DNA from: Candidatus Nomurabacteria bacterium GW2011_GWD2_36_14
GTDB taxonomy: Bacteria; Patescibacteriota; Minisyncoccia; Phycocordibacterales; UBA9973
Length of the DNA: 64,000 bases
Reading direction: 5' to 3'
Assembly (NCBI GenBank): GCA_000991405.1
Contig: LBRL01000001.1
Coordinates: 3,744-67,743 of the forward strand
The notes below the pieces were generated by a model that had not been told where the DNA came from, did no database searches, and saw nothing but the letters and a program-made list of their open reading frames with translations. Positions 28,101 to 38,403 of this stretch are shown piece by piece. How positions within the stretch are numbered: the stretch's first letter is position 1; each line of letters starts with the position of its first letter. A program made the position numbers and the translations under genes.

Positions 28101-28274
28101 CGAGAAATGCTTACAATCAAGTCTGATGATATTATGGGTCGCTCTCAGACATTCGACGCTATTATCAAGGGTCTACCTATCGGAGAACCAAATATTCCTG
28201 CCTCATTCAATGTTCTATTGAACTACCTACGCGGACTTTCTCTTGATGTAGAATTAAAAAAGTCGAACGAATAA
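25107..28274 (+). CDS. rpoB: DNA-directed RNA polymerase subunit beta
   Basis: Conserved RpoB blocks are present throughout, for example GRFRFNKRF, HYGRVCPIHTPEGPNIGL, NMQKQALP and GGQRFGEMEVWALE. Confidence 0.97.
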   Translation: MKKTAVVKKYFSRYKKPLAPFPNLIEDQLNSFNWLVEKGIKEVFKEFSPINDYSDKKFQLDFTSFTLGEPKFDEEYSKVNKLTYEGPLKARVRLLNKSIGTSKEQEIFMADVPLMTKHGTFIINGVERVIVAQLTRSFGVFFTESESKGKRYFGAKIIPARGVWIEVESDSDGAVYVRIDKKRKFSVASLLRVLGLNTDEAILKAFGDNEEILKVIKVCLEKDPAKTLSESYIEIYKRLRDGDLATPDNAREFMSILLSNERYDISPVGRFRFNKRFEKNMDEKEMERRTISSDDVVTIVKNIIDLNNDIHAKGDDIDHLGQRRVRYVGEMFQQKIRTGMAQIKRNVQDRMSTIDVGTTMPIQIINQRPLQARIKEFFTANQLSQFMNQENVMAEVEHLRILSALGPGGLTRERAGLEVRDVHTSHYGRVCPIHTPEGPNIGLILHLSTYAKINEFGIIETPYVKVKNGKITSEVVYLNALEEEKYNIAHAGIDYDDKGNILEDKVEARLKTKPGMISKMEIDFIDVATNQAFSVATSMIPFLEHDNAHRTLMGSNMQKQALPCIIPEVPLVATGIEELASRDSGRLVISEVTGVISYVDAKKIIVKDDKGKDHAYPLITFSRTNNFSIFHQRPSVSMGDKIKKGDVLADTSTTDHGQIAIGQNALIAFMSWGGANYEDAIILSERLVKESKFTSIYVTEFVCNVRDTKLGPEITTRDIPNVGENKLKDLDEDGIIVVGAEVVENDILVGKITPKGETELTPEERLLRSIFTEKARDVKDTSLRLEHGKKGRVTGVKIFSRDQGHNLESGIIKRIVVEIAQIRNISVGDKLSGRHGNKGVISVILPEEEMPFMADGTPVDVILTPLGVPSRMNLGQVLEMHLGYAAHTLGYQAIVPPFSSATVTEIKEELVKAGMPESGRVTLYDGRTGDAFEQDVAIGYMYMLKLHHMVEDKLHMRSIGPYSLITQQPLGGKAQGGGQRFGEMEVWALEGHGAAYSLREMLTIKSDDIMGRSQTFDAIIKGLPIGEPNIPASFNVLLNYLRGLSLDVELKKSNE

Positions 28275-28298
28275 TTAGTAACCATAATATTAAAATAT

Positions 28299-31200
28299 AT
28301 GAAAATAATTGATACAACAAATTTCGACTCTATTACTTTGAAACTTGCCTCACCCGAGAGGATCAAGGAGTGGTCTTATGGTGAAGTTACAAAACCAGAA
28401 ACTATAAATTACAGAACAGGCCGTTCAGAAAGAAGTGGCTTATTCGACGAGAGAATTTTCGGACCAGAGAAGGATTATGAATGTTACTGTGGTAAATACC
28501 GAAGAATTCGTTACAAGGATATTATTTGTGAGAAATGTGGAGTGGAAGTTACTCGCTCTATAGTTCGTCGTGATCGTATGGGTCACATTGAGCTTGCAAG
28601 TCCTGTCTCACACATCTGGTTCCTACGTGGCGTGCCTTCTCGTATGTCTACTTTGCTCAACATTACAGTCTCAGACCTTGAGAAAGTTATTTACTTTGCT
28701 GGATACATTGTTATCAAAGTTTCAGCTGAAGAAAAGGAAACTATTTCCAAGAACCTAGAAAGTGAATTCAAATCCAAGATTAAAAGTGCCAACAACGAAG
28801 AAGAGAAGGAGAAGCTAAAGGAGTTGCTCTTAAATACCAAACGTGAAATAGCCGAGATAGTCCCCGGTAAAGTTTTGAATGAAATAGCGTATCATCACTT
28901 CGGTCTCAAGTATGGAAGTTGTTTTGAAGCAAGTATTGGAGCTGAAGCTATCTTTACTATTTTCAAGAATCTTGATTTAGAGAAGCTTAAGGCTGAGACT
29001 CTAGCCATGATTCCAAAAGCTTCAAGTATCGACAAGGAGAAGCTTGAGAAGAGAATGTCTCTTATCCGTTCAATGCTTCACTCTGGTATTCGTCCTGAAT
29101 GGATGTTCTTGACAGTCATTCCAGTTATTCCTCCAGCACTTCGCCCTATGGTTGCTCTAGATGGTGGACGTCACGCAACTTCAGATCTAAACGACCTATA
29201 TCGTCGTGTTATAAATAGAAACAATCGTCTAAAGAAATTAAAGGAAATTGGTGCCCCAGATGTAATCCTCCGAAATGAAAAAAGAATTCTACAAGAAGCA
29301 GTAGATGCCCTTATCGACAATTCCATTGCCAAACAAAATGATTCTCAGGCTGTCTCTGCTTCACAGAAGCGTGCACTTAAATCTTTGTCCGACAATCTTA
29401 AATCAAAGCAAGGTTTGTTCCGTCAGAATTTGCTTGGTAAGCGTGTAGACTACTCAGGACGTTCTGTTATCGTTGTGGGTCCTGGACTCAAGCTTAATCA
29501 ATGTGGACTTCCTAAGCATATGGCTCTTGAACTTTTCAAACCATTTGTAATTTCCAAAATTCTTGAGACAGAACTTGCCTTCAATATTCGTGGGGCAAAC
29601 CGCTTAATAGAAGAAGGTATCCCTGAAGTTTGGGCAATACTTGAAGAAGTGATTCGTGGTAAGTACGTACTCCTAAACCGTGCGCCTACGCTTCACAGAC
29701 TAGGTATTCAAGCTTTCAACCCTATTCTTATTGAAGGCCATGCTATCCAAGTGCATCCACTCGTTTGTGCTGGATTCAACGCTGACTTCGACGGAGACCA
29801 GATGGCTGTCTATGTACCTCTTTCCGATATGGCTCAAATGGAAGCACGTGAATACATGGCTTCCAATAAAAACTTATTAAAGCCTCAAGATGGTTCTCCT
29901 ATTATCTTACCGAAGATGGATATCGTTCTTGGTTGTTACTGGATGACGAAAACAGTTGATGGAGAAAAGGGTGAAGGCATGTATTTTGCAAGCCCCAACC
30001 AAGCTATTACAGCTTTCGATCTTGGTATTATTACTTTCCGTGCGAAAATTAAAGTTCTAGGTACAGATACTGCTAGATACGATAAATTTGAAGGAAAAGT
30101 TTTCGAAACAACAGTTGGAAGATTATTCTTCAATAGTATTTTCCCAAATGATTTTCCTTATCTAAATGAAGAAATTACAATTAAGAGAATGTCATTACTA
30201 GTTGACGAACTTATTGTTCACTATGGTATTGATGCAACTCCAAAAGTTCTAGATAAAATTAAAGATTTTGGATATCATTATGCGACCTACTCAGGGGTCA
30301 CTTGGGGTATTGATTCGGTGACTGTTCCTCCAAGCAAAAAAGAAATTGTGGCTAAATTCCACAAAGAAGAAGAAATTGTTCGCGAACAATTTGCAGAAGG
30401 TCTCCTTTCTGAAGATGAACAATACCAAAAAGTTATTGAAATATGGGAACACGCTAAAAAAGAAATTGAAAAATTAATTCCAACTATGCTTGATCCTAAT
30501 GGTTCGACTTATGACCTGATCACTTCCGGAGCTCGAGGAAGTATGGGATCAATGGTGCAGATGTGTGGAATGGTAGGGTTGATTGTAAATACTTCAGGAG
30601 CAACTCTCGACTTCCCAATTATTCCATCATATATCGAGGGTCTTTCACCGCTTGAATACTTCATTACGACTCATGGTTCTCGTAAGGGTGCTGCCGACAC
30701 CGCTTTGAACACAGCCAAGGCTGGTTATCTTACACGTCGTCTAGTAGACGTCGCTCAGGACGTTGTGGTGACTGAGGAAGACTGTGGTACAAAGAATGGC
30801 AAGAAGATCGTAGCGATTGGCAATGACTTTGCCAAGTACATTCATGGACGCGTATTGCTTGCAGATATAAAGGGTGCTGACGGAGCTGTCATATTTAAGA
30901 AGGGAACTCTCATTATGAAAGAAGATGCAAGACTCTTAGAGAAGATGGGTATAAAGGAAGCTCTAGTTCGTACACCGCTTTCTTGTGAGACGACTCACGG
31001 CATCTGTCGTATTTGTTATGGTCTAGATCTAGGGCGTAACATCATGGTAGAGCTTGGACAAGCAGTAGGTATTATCGCCGCTCAAGCTATTGGTGAGCCT
31101 GGAACACAGCTTACTCTTCGTACTTTCCACGCTGGAGGAGTTGCGACTGTCGATATTACTACAGGTCTTCCTCGTGTTGAAGAAATTTTTGAAAGACGTA

Positions 31201-31922
31201 TTCCGAAGAATCCAGCAATTATTTCTCAGACAGATGGAGAAGTGCTAGAAATTACAGACAACGGTAAGGAGAAGACTATTAAAGTTCTATCAGATACCAA
31301 GGCCGATGGTAAAAAGAATGAAATGGAGTATACAGTTGCCTTCCGTCGTCAGCCGTTAGTCAAAGCAGGTGCTCACATCAAGAAAGGTGAGTTACTTACA
31401 GACGGATCTGCCGATATCAATGAAATAGTGAAGTATGGAGGCAAGGAAGTTGCCGAAGAGTACATCGTAGATGAGATAAACAAAGTTTATGATCTGCAGA
31501 GTGCTTCTATTTCCAGAAAGCATATTGAGATCATCATTCGCCAAATGTTCTCACGTAAGAAGATTAAAGATGCAGGTGATACTACCTTCTCACCAGGAGA
31601 GATAGTTGAAACTATTGAACTTATAGAAGAGAATAACCGTCTAGAAGAAGAGGGTGGAGGCACTCCAGCTACTGCCGGAACTATCGTTCTAGGTATTACT
31701 GAAGTTTCTCTTACTACCAAGAGTTGGCTCTCAGCTGCTTCATTCCAAAATACAAACAGAGTCCTTATCAACAATGCCATCCGTGGCGGAGTAGACAATC
31801 TACGTGGGCTTAAGGAGAACGTCATCATCGGTAATCTTATCCCAGCAGGTACAGGCTTCGGTGTAAAACGTGCAAGTAAAGCCGAAAAAGAAGAAGTGAA
31901 TGAAGAAGAAAGTGTTGCTTAA
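28299..31922 (+). CDS. rpoC: DNA-directed RNA polymerase subunit beta'
   Basis: The zinc motif CYCGKY..C..CGVE, the catalytic [11 protein letters not shown], and the trigger loop and bridge helix blocks. Confidence 0.97.
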   Translation: MKIIDTTNFDSITLKLASPERIKEWSYGEVTKPETINYRTGRSERSGLFDERIFGPEKDYECYCGKYRRIRYKDIICEKCGVEVTRSIVRRDRMGHIELASPVSHIWFLRGVPSRMSTLLNITVSDLEKVIYFAGYIVIKVSAEEKETISKNLESEFKSKIKSANNEEEKEKLKELLLNTKREIAEIVPGKVLNEIAYHHFGLKYGSCFEASIGAEAIFTIFKNLDLEKLKAETLAMIPKASSIDKEKLEKRMSLIRSMLHSGIRPEWMFLTVIPVIPPALRPMVALDGGRHATSDLNDLYRRVINRNNRLKKLKEIGAPDVILRNEKRILQEAVDALIDNSIAKQNDSQAVSASQKRALKSLSDNLKSKQGLFRQNLLGKRVDYSGRSVIVVGPGLKLNQCGLPKHMALELFKPFVISKILETELAFNIRGANRLIEEGIPEVWAILEEVIRGKYVLLNRAPTLHRLGIQAFNPILIEGHAIQVHPLVCAGFNADFDGDQMAVYVPLSDMAQMEAREYMASNKNLLKPQDGSPIILPKMDIVLGCYWMTKTVDGEKGEGMYFASPNQAITAFDLGIITFRAKIKVLGTDTARYDKFEGKVFETTVGRLFFNSIFPNDFPYLNEEITIKRMSLLVDELIVHYGIDATPKVLDKIKDFGYHYATYSGVTWGIDSVTVPPSKKEIVAKFHKEEEIVREQFAEGLLSEDEQYQKVIEIWEHAKKEIEKLIPTMLDPNGSTYDLITSGARGSMGSMVQMCGMVGLIVNTSGATLDFPIIPSYIEGLSPLEYFITTHGSRKGAADTALNTAKAGYLTRRLVDVAQDVVVTEEDCGTKNGKKIVAIGNDFAKYIHGRVLLADIKGADGAVIFKKGTLIMKEDARLLEKMGIKEALVRTPLSCETTHGICRICYGLDLGRNIMVELGQAVGIIAAQAIGEPGTQLTLRTFHAGGVATVDITTGLPRVEEIFERRIPKNPAIISQTDGEVLEITDNGKEKTIKVLSDTKADGKKNEMEYTVAFRRQPLVKAGAHIKKGELLTDGSADINEIVKYGGKEVAEEYIVDEINKVYDLQSASISRKHIEIIIRQMFSRKKIKDAGDTTFSPGEIVETIELIEENNRLEEEGGGTPATAGTIVLGITEVSLTTKSWLSAASFQNTNRVLINNAIRGGVDNLRGLKENVIIGNLIPAGTGFGVKRASKAEKEEVNEEESVA

Positions 31923-31930
31923 TAAATAAT

Positions 31931-31959
31931 GCCAGTCCGAAGCTTCGCTTCGGACTGGC
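31931..31959 (+). terminator. Terminator hairpin gccagtccgaagc-ttcg-cttcggactggc
   Basis: A GC-rich perfect stem plus T-rich tail after rpoC. Confidence 0.65.
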
Positions 31960-31984
31960 TGGGCTCTAATTTTTACAAGCAAAT

Positions 31985-33745
31985 ATGTCATCATCTGTTG
32001 AGAAAATCAAAGAAAGGCTTTCCATTGTTGATGTTATTTCTTCGTACATGCAAGTAGAACAGTCTGGTAAGAATTTTAAAGCGAAGTGCCCATTTCACAA
32101 TGAGAAGACACCTTCCTTTTTCATATCTGCCGACAGGGGGACTTACTATTGTTTTGGTTGCGGAGAGAAGGGCGACATATTCTCTTTTGTTCAGAAGTTT
32201 GAAGGTACTGACTTTATGGGAGCGCTCAAGCTCTTGGCGGAACGTGCCGGAGTGACTCTTGAGGCAAGGCCTAAAGATTCTAATGACAAAGAGAAGAAAG
32301 AACTTTATTATGAAATTCTAGAAGAAGCTACCAAGTTCTTCGAAAGTAATTTTGATAAAGAGCCAAAAGCTCGTGCATATCTTGTAAGTAGAGGTCTGAC
32401 AGATAATAGTATTAAAGATTTCAGAATTGGATATGTGAAAGATGAATGGAGATCTCTTTCTGACTATTTAATAGTCAAGGGTTATAAAATACAAGATTTG
32501 GAAATTGTTGGCTTAGTGAAGAAGTCTGAGAAAGGCACATATGACAGATTTCGTTCACGCATAATGTTTCCTATAAGTGATTCAAGCGGTAGAGTTATAG
32601 CTTTCTCTGGAAGAATTTTTAATAAAGATGATAAGGAAGAGGCCAAGTATTTAAATAGTCCTGATACTCCACTTTTCAATAAATCCAATGTATTATTCGG
32701 TATAGATAAGGCCAAGCTAGCCATAAGGAAGAGGGGTTATAGTATCGTAGTTGAAGGGCAGATGGATCTAATACTTTCTCATCAAGCAGACTTTACCAAT
32801 ACTGTGGCTGTGTCAGGCACGGCCTTTACAGACAGCACTGTAGATCAAGAATCCAAGATAAATAATCTAGGACTCATTCGTAGACTCTCTCCCAATATTA
32901 TTTTTGCTTATGACGGGGACTCTGCTGGTATCAGGGCCGCTAGTCGTTCAGCTATGATAGCCCTATCACTCGATATGCAAGTAAAAATAGCCAAATTGCC
33001 AGAGGGCAAGGATCCAGCAGATATTATAAAAGAGAACCCCGATGAATGGAAAGAAATTATTAAGAATTCTACAGATATTATTACTTTCCATGTAGATAGA
33101 ATTTGCAAGAATACCAACGACATAAGGCAAAGAGGTAAGCTTATCCGAGATGTTATATTTCCATTTTTAGTTATAATTAAGAGCTCTATAGACAAGTCTT
33201 CTTATATTTCTATTATCAATTCCAAGACGGGGATTCCTATAGACGCAATCATGGATGATTTCAAGTCTTATGAGAAGAATCATATAGTAGAGAGTAATAC
33301 AAAATTAGAGAAGAATATGCCAACCGGTAAGGATGAGTTTATTCCAAGGAGAGATAGCTTAGAGAAAAGGTTGTTTGGAATTATTTTCCTTCAAGATAAG
33401 AATGATATCGGAGTAGATAAGGAAAAGACCTTTTTATTACTCAAGGAAAAGATTGGAGAAGAAGAATTTAATAAAATATATGAAGCTCATTTGCCATTTG
33501 GAGACCTTCTTGCACAAGATATCGAAAGGTTGTATGGTAGTAATATTGAAGATATGAGTCGTCATTTAGATGAGTTGATTCTCAATCTAGAAGGGGAAAT
33601 ACTAGGAGAACGTTTGTATTTATTAAGAGACAAGATTAATCAACAGTCAAGTTCAAATGAAGACTTTGACCCAGGGCCTATACTTAAGGATATTCAAAAG
33701 ATAGGTGAACGTTTAGAAATAATTAAAAGTAATAGATCACAATAA
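31985..33745 (+). CDS. dnaG: DNA primase
   Basis: The CHC2 zinc finger is [14 protein letters not shown]...[11 protein letters not shown]. The Toprim block is VVEGQMDLI...DGDSAG. Confidence 0.9.
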   Translation: MSSSVEKIKERLSIVDVISSYMQVEQSGKNFKAKCPFHNEKTPSFFISADRGTYYCFGCGEKGDIFSFVQKFEGTDFMGALKLLAERAGVTLEARPKDSNDKEKKELYYEILEEATKFFESNFDKEPKARAYLVSRGLTDNSIKDFRIGYVKDEWRSLSDYLIVKGYKIQDLEIVGLVKKSEKGTYDRFRSRIMFPISDSSGRVIAFSGRIFNKDDKEEAKYLNSPDTPLFNKSNVLFGIDKAKLAIRKRGYSIVVEGQMDLILSHQADFTNTVAVSGTAFTDSTVDQESKINNLGLIRRLSPNIIFAYDGDSAGIRAASRSAMIALSLDMQVKIAKLPEGKDPADIIKENPDEWKEIIKNSTDIITFHVDRICKNTNDIRQRGKLIRDVIFPFLVIIKSSIDKSSYISIINSKTGIPIDAIMDDFKSYEKNHIVESNTKLEKNMPTGKDEFIPRRDSLEKRLFGIIFLQDKNDIGVDKEKTFLLLKEKIGEEEFNKIYEAHLPFGDLLAQDIERLYGSNIEDMSRHLDELILNLEGEILGERLYLLRDKINQQSSSNEDFDPGPILKDIQKIGERLEIIKSNRSQ

Positions 33746-33749
33746 CATT

Positions 33750-35114
33750 ATGGCAAAAAAGATAAAACAGAAAAATAAAAAGATAGTTCCTAAAAAAAAG
33801 ATCCTAGCTAAAAAAGTCATAAAGAAAGCTCCTACTAAAAAGTCTTCCAAGACAAAGAAAGTTACAAAAAAAGTAGCAAAGAAAACAGCTAAAAAAACTG
33901 TTGTCAAAAAAGTCGTCAAGAAAGCCTCCTCTGCTAAAGCTAAGGCGAGCCGAAGTAAAAAGGCTATAAAAAAAGTTTCCAAGGGAAGTAAGCCTAAGGT
34001 AAAAGTTATTTCTGCTTCTAAGAAGGAGCAACTAGAAAACAAGCAAAAGGATCATGAAAAGAGGTCTTTAGAAATGATAGAGAAAGGCAAGAAGAGAGGC
34101 TTCGTCACTTACGATGAGATTATCAAGGAATTCCCCGATATAGAGACCGATATTCTTTTCTTAGATGAACTTTATGAGCGTTTTGCCGTAGCAGGGATTG
34201 ATGTACTTGAGGGAGGCAATTTACTTGATACAACGGGTGATGTAGAGAAGCTAGCTCTCAAGTATAGTAAAGATGCCAAGACTTACGACTCTATACAGAT
34301 GTATTTGAAAGAGATAGGCCAGTATCCTTTGATAGCAGCCAACGAAGAAAGAGAGCTTGCTAAAAGGATAGAGAAAGGGGACATAGAAGCCAAGAATCTA
34401 CTCGCTCGTGCGAACCTTCGTCTTGTTGTGTCTATTGCCAAGAAGTATGTGGGCAGAAGCTCTGACCTTACCTTGCTTGATTTGATTCAAGAGGGTAATC
34501 TTGGACTCTTTAAGGCTGTTGAGAAGTTTGACTGGACAAAGGGCTACAAATTCTCCACTTATGCTACATGGTGGATTCGTCAGTCTATTACTCGTGCACT
34601 TGCTGATCAGTCGCGTACTATCCGTATTCCGGTTCACATGGTAGAGACTATTTCGAAGTATAAGCAGGTTGTCAGACGCTTGTCTCAAGATCTTGGACGC
34701 GAGCCTTTAGTTGAAGAGATAGCAACCGAAATGAACTTAGAAGTAGAGAAGATTCATATTATAGAACAGATCAATCAAGAGACAGTTTCTTTAGAACAAC
34801 CAATAGGGGATGATGATGAGAAGTCCACACGTGGTGAGTTCATTCCAGACGACAAGATTCTTCGCCCCGACCAAGATTCTTCCAGAAGAATTCTCTCCGA
34901 TCAGATAAGAGAAGTACTTGAGACTTTGAGTCCCAAAGAGAGGAAGATCCTTGAACTTCGTTATGGCCTTATGGATGGGGTACAGCACACCCTAGAAGAA
35001 GTAGGCCAAGAGTTCGGTGTTACTCGTGAGCGTATTCGTCAGATTGAAGCCAAGGTCCACGAGAAGCTTCGCAACAATGAAAAGATTGCAAGACTAAAAA
35101 ATTATTTTGATTAA
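33750..35114 (+). CDS. rpoD: RNA polymerase sigma-70 factor RpoD with an N-terminal Lys/Ala-rich histone-H1-like tail
   Basis: Regions 2-4 are present ([24 protein letters not shown], and a C-terminal HTH). The first ~95 residues are KKxxKK repeats: [34 protein letters not shown]. Confidence 0.9.
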   Translation: MAKKIKQKNKKIVPKKKILAKKVIKKAPTKKSSKTKKVTKKVAKKTAKKTVVKKVVKKASSAKAKASRSKKAIKKVSKGSKPKVKVISASKKEQLENKQKDHEKRSLEMIEKGKKRGFVTYDEIIKEFPDIETDILFLDELYERFAVAGIDVLEGGNLLDTTGDVEKLALKYSKDAKTYDSIQMYLKEIGQYPLIAANEERELAKRIEKGDIEAKNLLARANLRLVVSIAKKYVGRSSDLTLLDLIQEGNLGLFKAVEKFDWTKGYKFSTYATWWIRQSITRALADQSRTIRIPVHMVETISKYKQVVRRLSQDLGREPLVEEIATEMNLEVEKIHIIEQINQETVSLEQPIGDDDEKSTRGEFIPDDKILRPDQDSSRRILSDQIREVLETLSPKERKILELRYGLMDGVQHTLEEVGQEFGVTRERIRQIEAKVHEKLRNNEKIARLKNYFD

Positions 35115-35120
35115 TTAAAA

Positions 35121-35156
35121 CAAAACAATCTCCCCTAGGCAAGGCCCAGGGGAGAT
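35121..35156. terminator. Bidirectional terminator acaatctcccct-aggcaaggccc-aggggagattgt
   Basis: A 12-bp perfect stem with an A-run before and a T-run after. It lies between the convergent rpoD and dsbA-like genes. Confidence 0.65.
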
Positions 35157-35193
35157 TGTTTTTGATGTATTAAATTCTTAATTCCTAACTGTC

Positions 35194-35937
35194 TTATAGA
35201 TTATCTGTTGCTGTTGTATCTTCTTCTGTCTTCATTAATCCAAATACAAGATCAACATATTTCCAGAAAGCATCATTGCCCTTAAGCTTAGCTACACATT
35301 CAGCAGCTCCGGCCTTTGGCAGTGCTCCAGGATGTACTACCCAGTGACGATAAACCCAAGCAATTTCTCCATTTGAGTTAGCCACAAGTTCTTTCATTGT
35401 TCCACTGAATCTTTTACAGTAAGGACATTCGAGATCTGAATATTCTACTATGACGATAGGAGCATCTGGGTTACCTATGATATGATCTTCTGCTGTTACA
35501 GGTGCTAGGTCTCCCGTATATGGTGTTGTTACTTTGCCAGCCTTAACCTCGTCTATTAATTTTTGAACATCGGCTATTGGGTAGGCTCCACGTATTTCAG
35601 CTTTTGATCCATTTTTCCCAACGATGACACTGTATGGAGTTCCTCTTTGATCTGCCGGAATTCCTTTCATAGAATTTTCTGCTACAGTATTTGTCGCTAG
35701 TCTCAATGCATTTAGATCTGTATCTTTCATACACTGTGTGAACTTTGCCTTGTTTACTCCTACTTGTTCTGATAAGGTTTTTTCTTTACTTGAACCGCCC
35801 AATTTACCCCCTCCATTAGTTATTAAAATTGCTATCATTATAAGTACTCCTGCAACTATAATCGCTGTAGGTGTATTAATTTGTCTCCCTTCGGAAGATT
35901 TTTCGGAAGGAATGTTTTTTGTTTCTTCATTTTCCAT
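35194..35937 (-). CDS. DsbA-family thiol:disulfide oxidoreductase (membrane-anchored thioredoxin fold)
   Basis: It has an N-terminal transmembrane helix and the CxxC active site in VIVEYSDLECPYCKRF. An alternative start is the Met at 35985. Confidence 0.75.
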   Translation of the reverse strand: MENEETKNIPSEKSSEGRQINTPTAIIVAGVLIMIAILITNGGGKLGGSSKEKTLSEQVGVNKAKFTQCMKDTDLNALRLATNTVAENSMKGIPADQRGTPYSVIVGKNGSKAEIRGAYPIADVQKLIDEVKAGKVTTPYTGDLAPVTAEDHIIGNPDAPIVIVEYSDLECPYCKRFSGTMKELVANSNGEIAWVYRHWVVHPGALPKAGAAECVAKLKGNDAFWKYVDLVFGLMKTEEDTTATDNL

Positions 35938-36024
35938 GTCATGATTATAGCATAAATTTATATAAAACAACTGAAATTTAGACATTGAAAAAGAGGTTGA
36001 ATTATGATATAATGCTCATTAGTT

Positions 36025-37296
36025 ATGGAGGGGATATATACTATCATTTTCTATGTTTTTTCATTCATTTCTGTATATGTACAGATCTTTTTTTTGGTAA
36101 CATTTTTAGACAAACGCCGTAATATAGCTTGGAGTCCTAAAAATATAGAACTATCTCATTATCCCACAGTAACTATCGCTGTACCTTGTTACAACGAGCA
36201 ATCCACAATTCATAAAACCATAGAATCACTTCTTGCCCTTGATTACCCAAAAGATAAATTAACTATATTGATAGTTGATGATGGCAGTAAAGATGACACT
36301 TGGAAAATTATTCAAGGTTTTGATAATGGAACTAGCGTTAGGGCTTTTCATAAAGAAAATGGTGGTAAGCACACAGCCGTTAATTTTGCCTTAGAAAAAA
36401 GTACAGGAGAATTCTTTGGATGTCTTGATGCAGATTCTTTTGTTCATAATCAGGCTCTGAAGAGAATAATGAGATATTTTGAAAATGATCCAAGAAATAT
36501 GGCAGTAATTCCTTCTGTTCTTAGTCACAATCCAAAGAACATAATTCAAAATGCTCAAAAGGTTGAATATGACATGGGTGTTTATATTAAAAAAATGTTA
36601 GGACTAATTGGAGGTATTCAGGTTACACCAGGACCTCTCTCAACTTTTAGAAAAAAAGTTTTTGATGAATTAGGTCCATATAGAAAAGCTCACAATACTG
36701 AAGATCAAGAGATCGCTTTAAGAATGCAGGAACATGGATATAAAATAGATTATTGTCCAGATGCCTATGTTTATACAAATACTCCTGATTCAGTAATGAA
36801 GCTTTATAGGCAACGTTTACGCTGGATTTACGGGTTCATAAAGAACCTAGTAGATTACCGTCATTTATTGTTTAGGAAGAAATATGGGACTGTTGCCTTG
36901 TTTACACTACCTACGGGTATGGTATCTGTTTTTGGAATTATCTTTGTTTTCTTTACTGTTGTTTATAACGTTATAAATCTAATTTATAATAAAATTGTAC
37001 AAATTCACGTTATAGGATTTCATAACTTTTTCCAGATAGGTTACAAGTTTGACTGGTTCTTTATTAATACAAAAGCCATGTTGTTTTTATCAATCTTTTT
37101 GTATATACTTGTCATTGTATCTGTATTGATAGGGAGAAAAATGTCCACGGGAAAGGCTAATTTTTCTGTTTCAATAATTTATTTTAGTATTATTTATAGC
37201 ATGATAGCGCCGTTTTGGATGTTGAGAGCAATCTATAACTCAATTTTCTCAAAGGAGTCAAGTTGGACATTTGAGCGTCGCGTCACAAACAATTAA
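36025..37296 (+). CDS. Family-2 glycosyltransferase, processive membrane beta-glycan synthase type
   Basis: Motifs VPCYNE, IVDDGSKDDT, DADS and QRLRW (QxxRW), with multiple C-terminal transmembrane helices. Confidence 0.8.
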   Translation: MEGIYTIIFYVFSFISVYVQIFFLVTFLDKRRNIAWSPKNIELSHYPTVTIAVPCYNEQSTIHKTIESLLALDYPKDKLTILIVDDGSKDDTWKIIQGFDNGTSVRAFHKENGGKHTAVNFALEKSTGEFFGCLDADSFVHNQALKRIMRYFENDPRNMAVIPSVLSHNPKNIIQNAQKVEYDMGVYIKKMLGLIGGIQVTPGPLSTFRKKVFDELGPYRKAHNTEDQEIALRMQEHGYKIDYCPDAYVYTNTPDSVMKLYRQRLRWIYGFIKNLVDYRHLLFRKKYGTVALFTLPTGMVSVFGIIFVFFTVVYNVINLIYNKIVQIHVIGFHNFFQIGYKFDWFFINTKAMLFLSIFLYILVIVSVLIGRKMSTGKANFSVSIIYFSIIYSMIAPFWMLRAIYNSIFSKESSWTFERRVTNN

Positions 37297-37298
37297 TT

Positions 37299-38048
37299 AT
37301 GCATCAACACGAACCAAATGATTGGAAGAAATATGTGATAGTTTTGTTTATAACAACAACTATATTTATCACAGGACTATGGCTTTCGAATTATTTTAAT
37401 AACAAAAAAATAGATCAGCTTAAAAGCATAGAAGATAAAATTTCTTTAGATTTAATGTCCTCTGAAACACAATTTTCTCTCCTTCAAGAATTGTCTTGCA
37501 AAGATGTTTCAACAACAGTCTTGTCTTCTGAATTAAATTCTTTAGCTGAAAAAATTTCTTATAGTGAAAGTAATATGGGGAGTACTGACGATAATGTTAT
37601 TTCTTTGAAAAAATATTACTCTCTACTTGAGATAAAAGATTATTTATTAATGAAGAAGATTACTGAACGTTGTGGTCAGAAATCAATATTTGTCTTATAT
37701 TTCTACAAAAATGAAAAGTGTGATGATTGTACCAAGCAGGGCTATGTACTAACTTCACTTCGTGAAAAATATCCAAATCTTCGTGTTTATTCATTTGACT
37801 ATAATTTGGATCTTTCGGCTATCAGAGCCATGACTTCTATTTATAAAGTTCCAGATGATTTACCAGCTGTCGTCATAAATGGTAAGGTATATAGTGGTTT
37901 TAAAACGGTGGAAGAGATAGAGAAAACTTTTCCAGAGCTTGAGAGTATCAAGAAGTCAGAGGAAGTGGTTAAGCCTAAAACCTCAACAAAAGCAAAGGTT
38001 ACTGCTCCTATAACAACTTCAACAGTTGAGACAGTTAAGACGAATTAG
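37299..38048 (+). CDS. Membrane-anchored protein with a C-terminal glutaredoxin/thioredoxin-like domain
   Basis: It has an N-terminal transmembrane segment. The CDDC (CxxC) motif and LPAVVINGKVYSGF resemble the glutaredoxin vP.vfi.G motif. Confidence 0.45.
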   Translation: MHQHEPNDWKKYVIVLFITTTIFITGLWLSNYFNNKKIDQLKSIEDKISLDLMSSETQFSLLQELSCKDVSTTVLSSELNSLAEKISYSESNMGSTDDNVISLKKYYSLLEIKDYLLMKKITERCGQKSIFVLYFYKNEKCDDCTKQGYVLTSLREKYPNLRVYSFDYNLDLSAIRAMTSIYKVPDDLPAVVINGKVYSGFKTVEEIEKTFPELESIKKSEEVVKPKTSTKAKVTAPITTSTVETVKTN

Positions 38049-38055
38049 TACTGAA

Positions 38056-38140
38056 CCGGCATACGAGGAATCGTCACACATAATTTCTTGCAAACATAAT
38101 AGGGCCGGCAGACGAGGAATCGTCAGGCATAATTTTCTGG
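38056..38140 (+). repeat. Two ~34-bp direct repeats (ccggcatacgaggaatcgtcacacataatttct / ccggcagacgaggaatcgtcaggcataattttct) resembling the 3' end of the adjacent tRNA-Thr
   Basis: Read directly, at 38056-38090 and 38105-38140. Compare the tRNA 3' end on the + strand, gccggcacgaggattcgaa. Confidence 0.55.
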
Positions 38141-38283
38141 TGAAAATTTGCACGACCCTCATTCAGTAGAATGACTTACGTGTGCCTCCCGCCTTGTCTC
38201 ACGACACGATTTACTAATCGGTGGTCCGGCTTTCGAATCCTCGTGCCTAATAAAAAAATACCCAAAAGGGTATTTTTTTCTAG

Positions 38284-38356
38284 AGCCGGCACGAGGATTC
38301 GAACCCCGGACATCCACTTTACAAAAGTGGCGCTCTACCAACTGAGCTATGCCGGC
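38284..38356 (-). tRNA. tRNA-Thr (anticodon UGU)
   Basis: The reverse complement GCCGGCATAGCTCAGTTGGTAGAGCGCCACTTTTGTAAAGTGGATGTCCGGGGTTCGAATCCTCGTGCCGGCT folds as a cloverleaf. The anticodon loop is TTTGTAA and the T-loop is TTCGAAT. Confidence 0.85.
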
Positions 38357-38403
38357 TAAACATTTTAATAAAAACAAATTTCTTACTCAACTATACTAGC
38401 ATA

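Noticed and set aside
25459-31828. Many 60-110-aa antisense or alternative-frame ORFs inside rpoB and rpoC, and similarly inside gyrB, thrS, smc, rnr, uvrA and uvrC
   Set aside because: They are fully embedded in strongly supported long genes on the other strand or frame. This is typical shadow-ORF behaviour.
33750-34050. Considered the Lys-rich N-terminus of ORF 33750-35114 as a separate histone-like gene
   Set aside because: It is in-frame and continuous with the sigma-70 regions, with no internal stop. The overlapping antisense ORFs (33737-34042, 33804-34031) are low-complexity mirror images.
38159-38377. ORF-track entries 38159-38377 (-) and 38171-38359 (+)
   Set aside because: They overlap the tRNA-Thr gene and its repeat-rich flanks. 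The translations are low-complexity and the ORFs are explained by the RNA gene.
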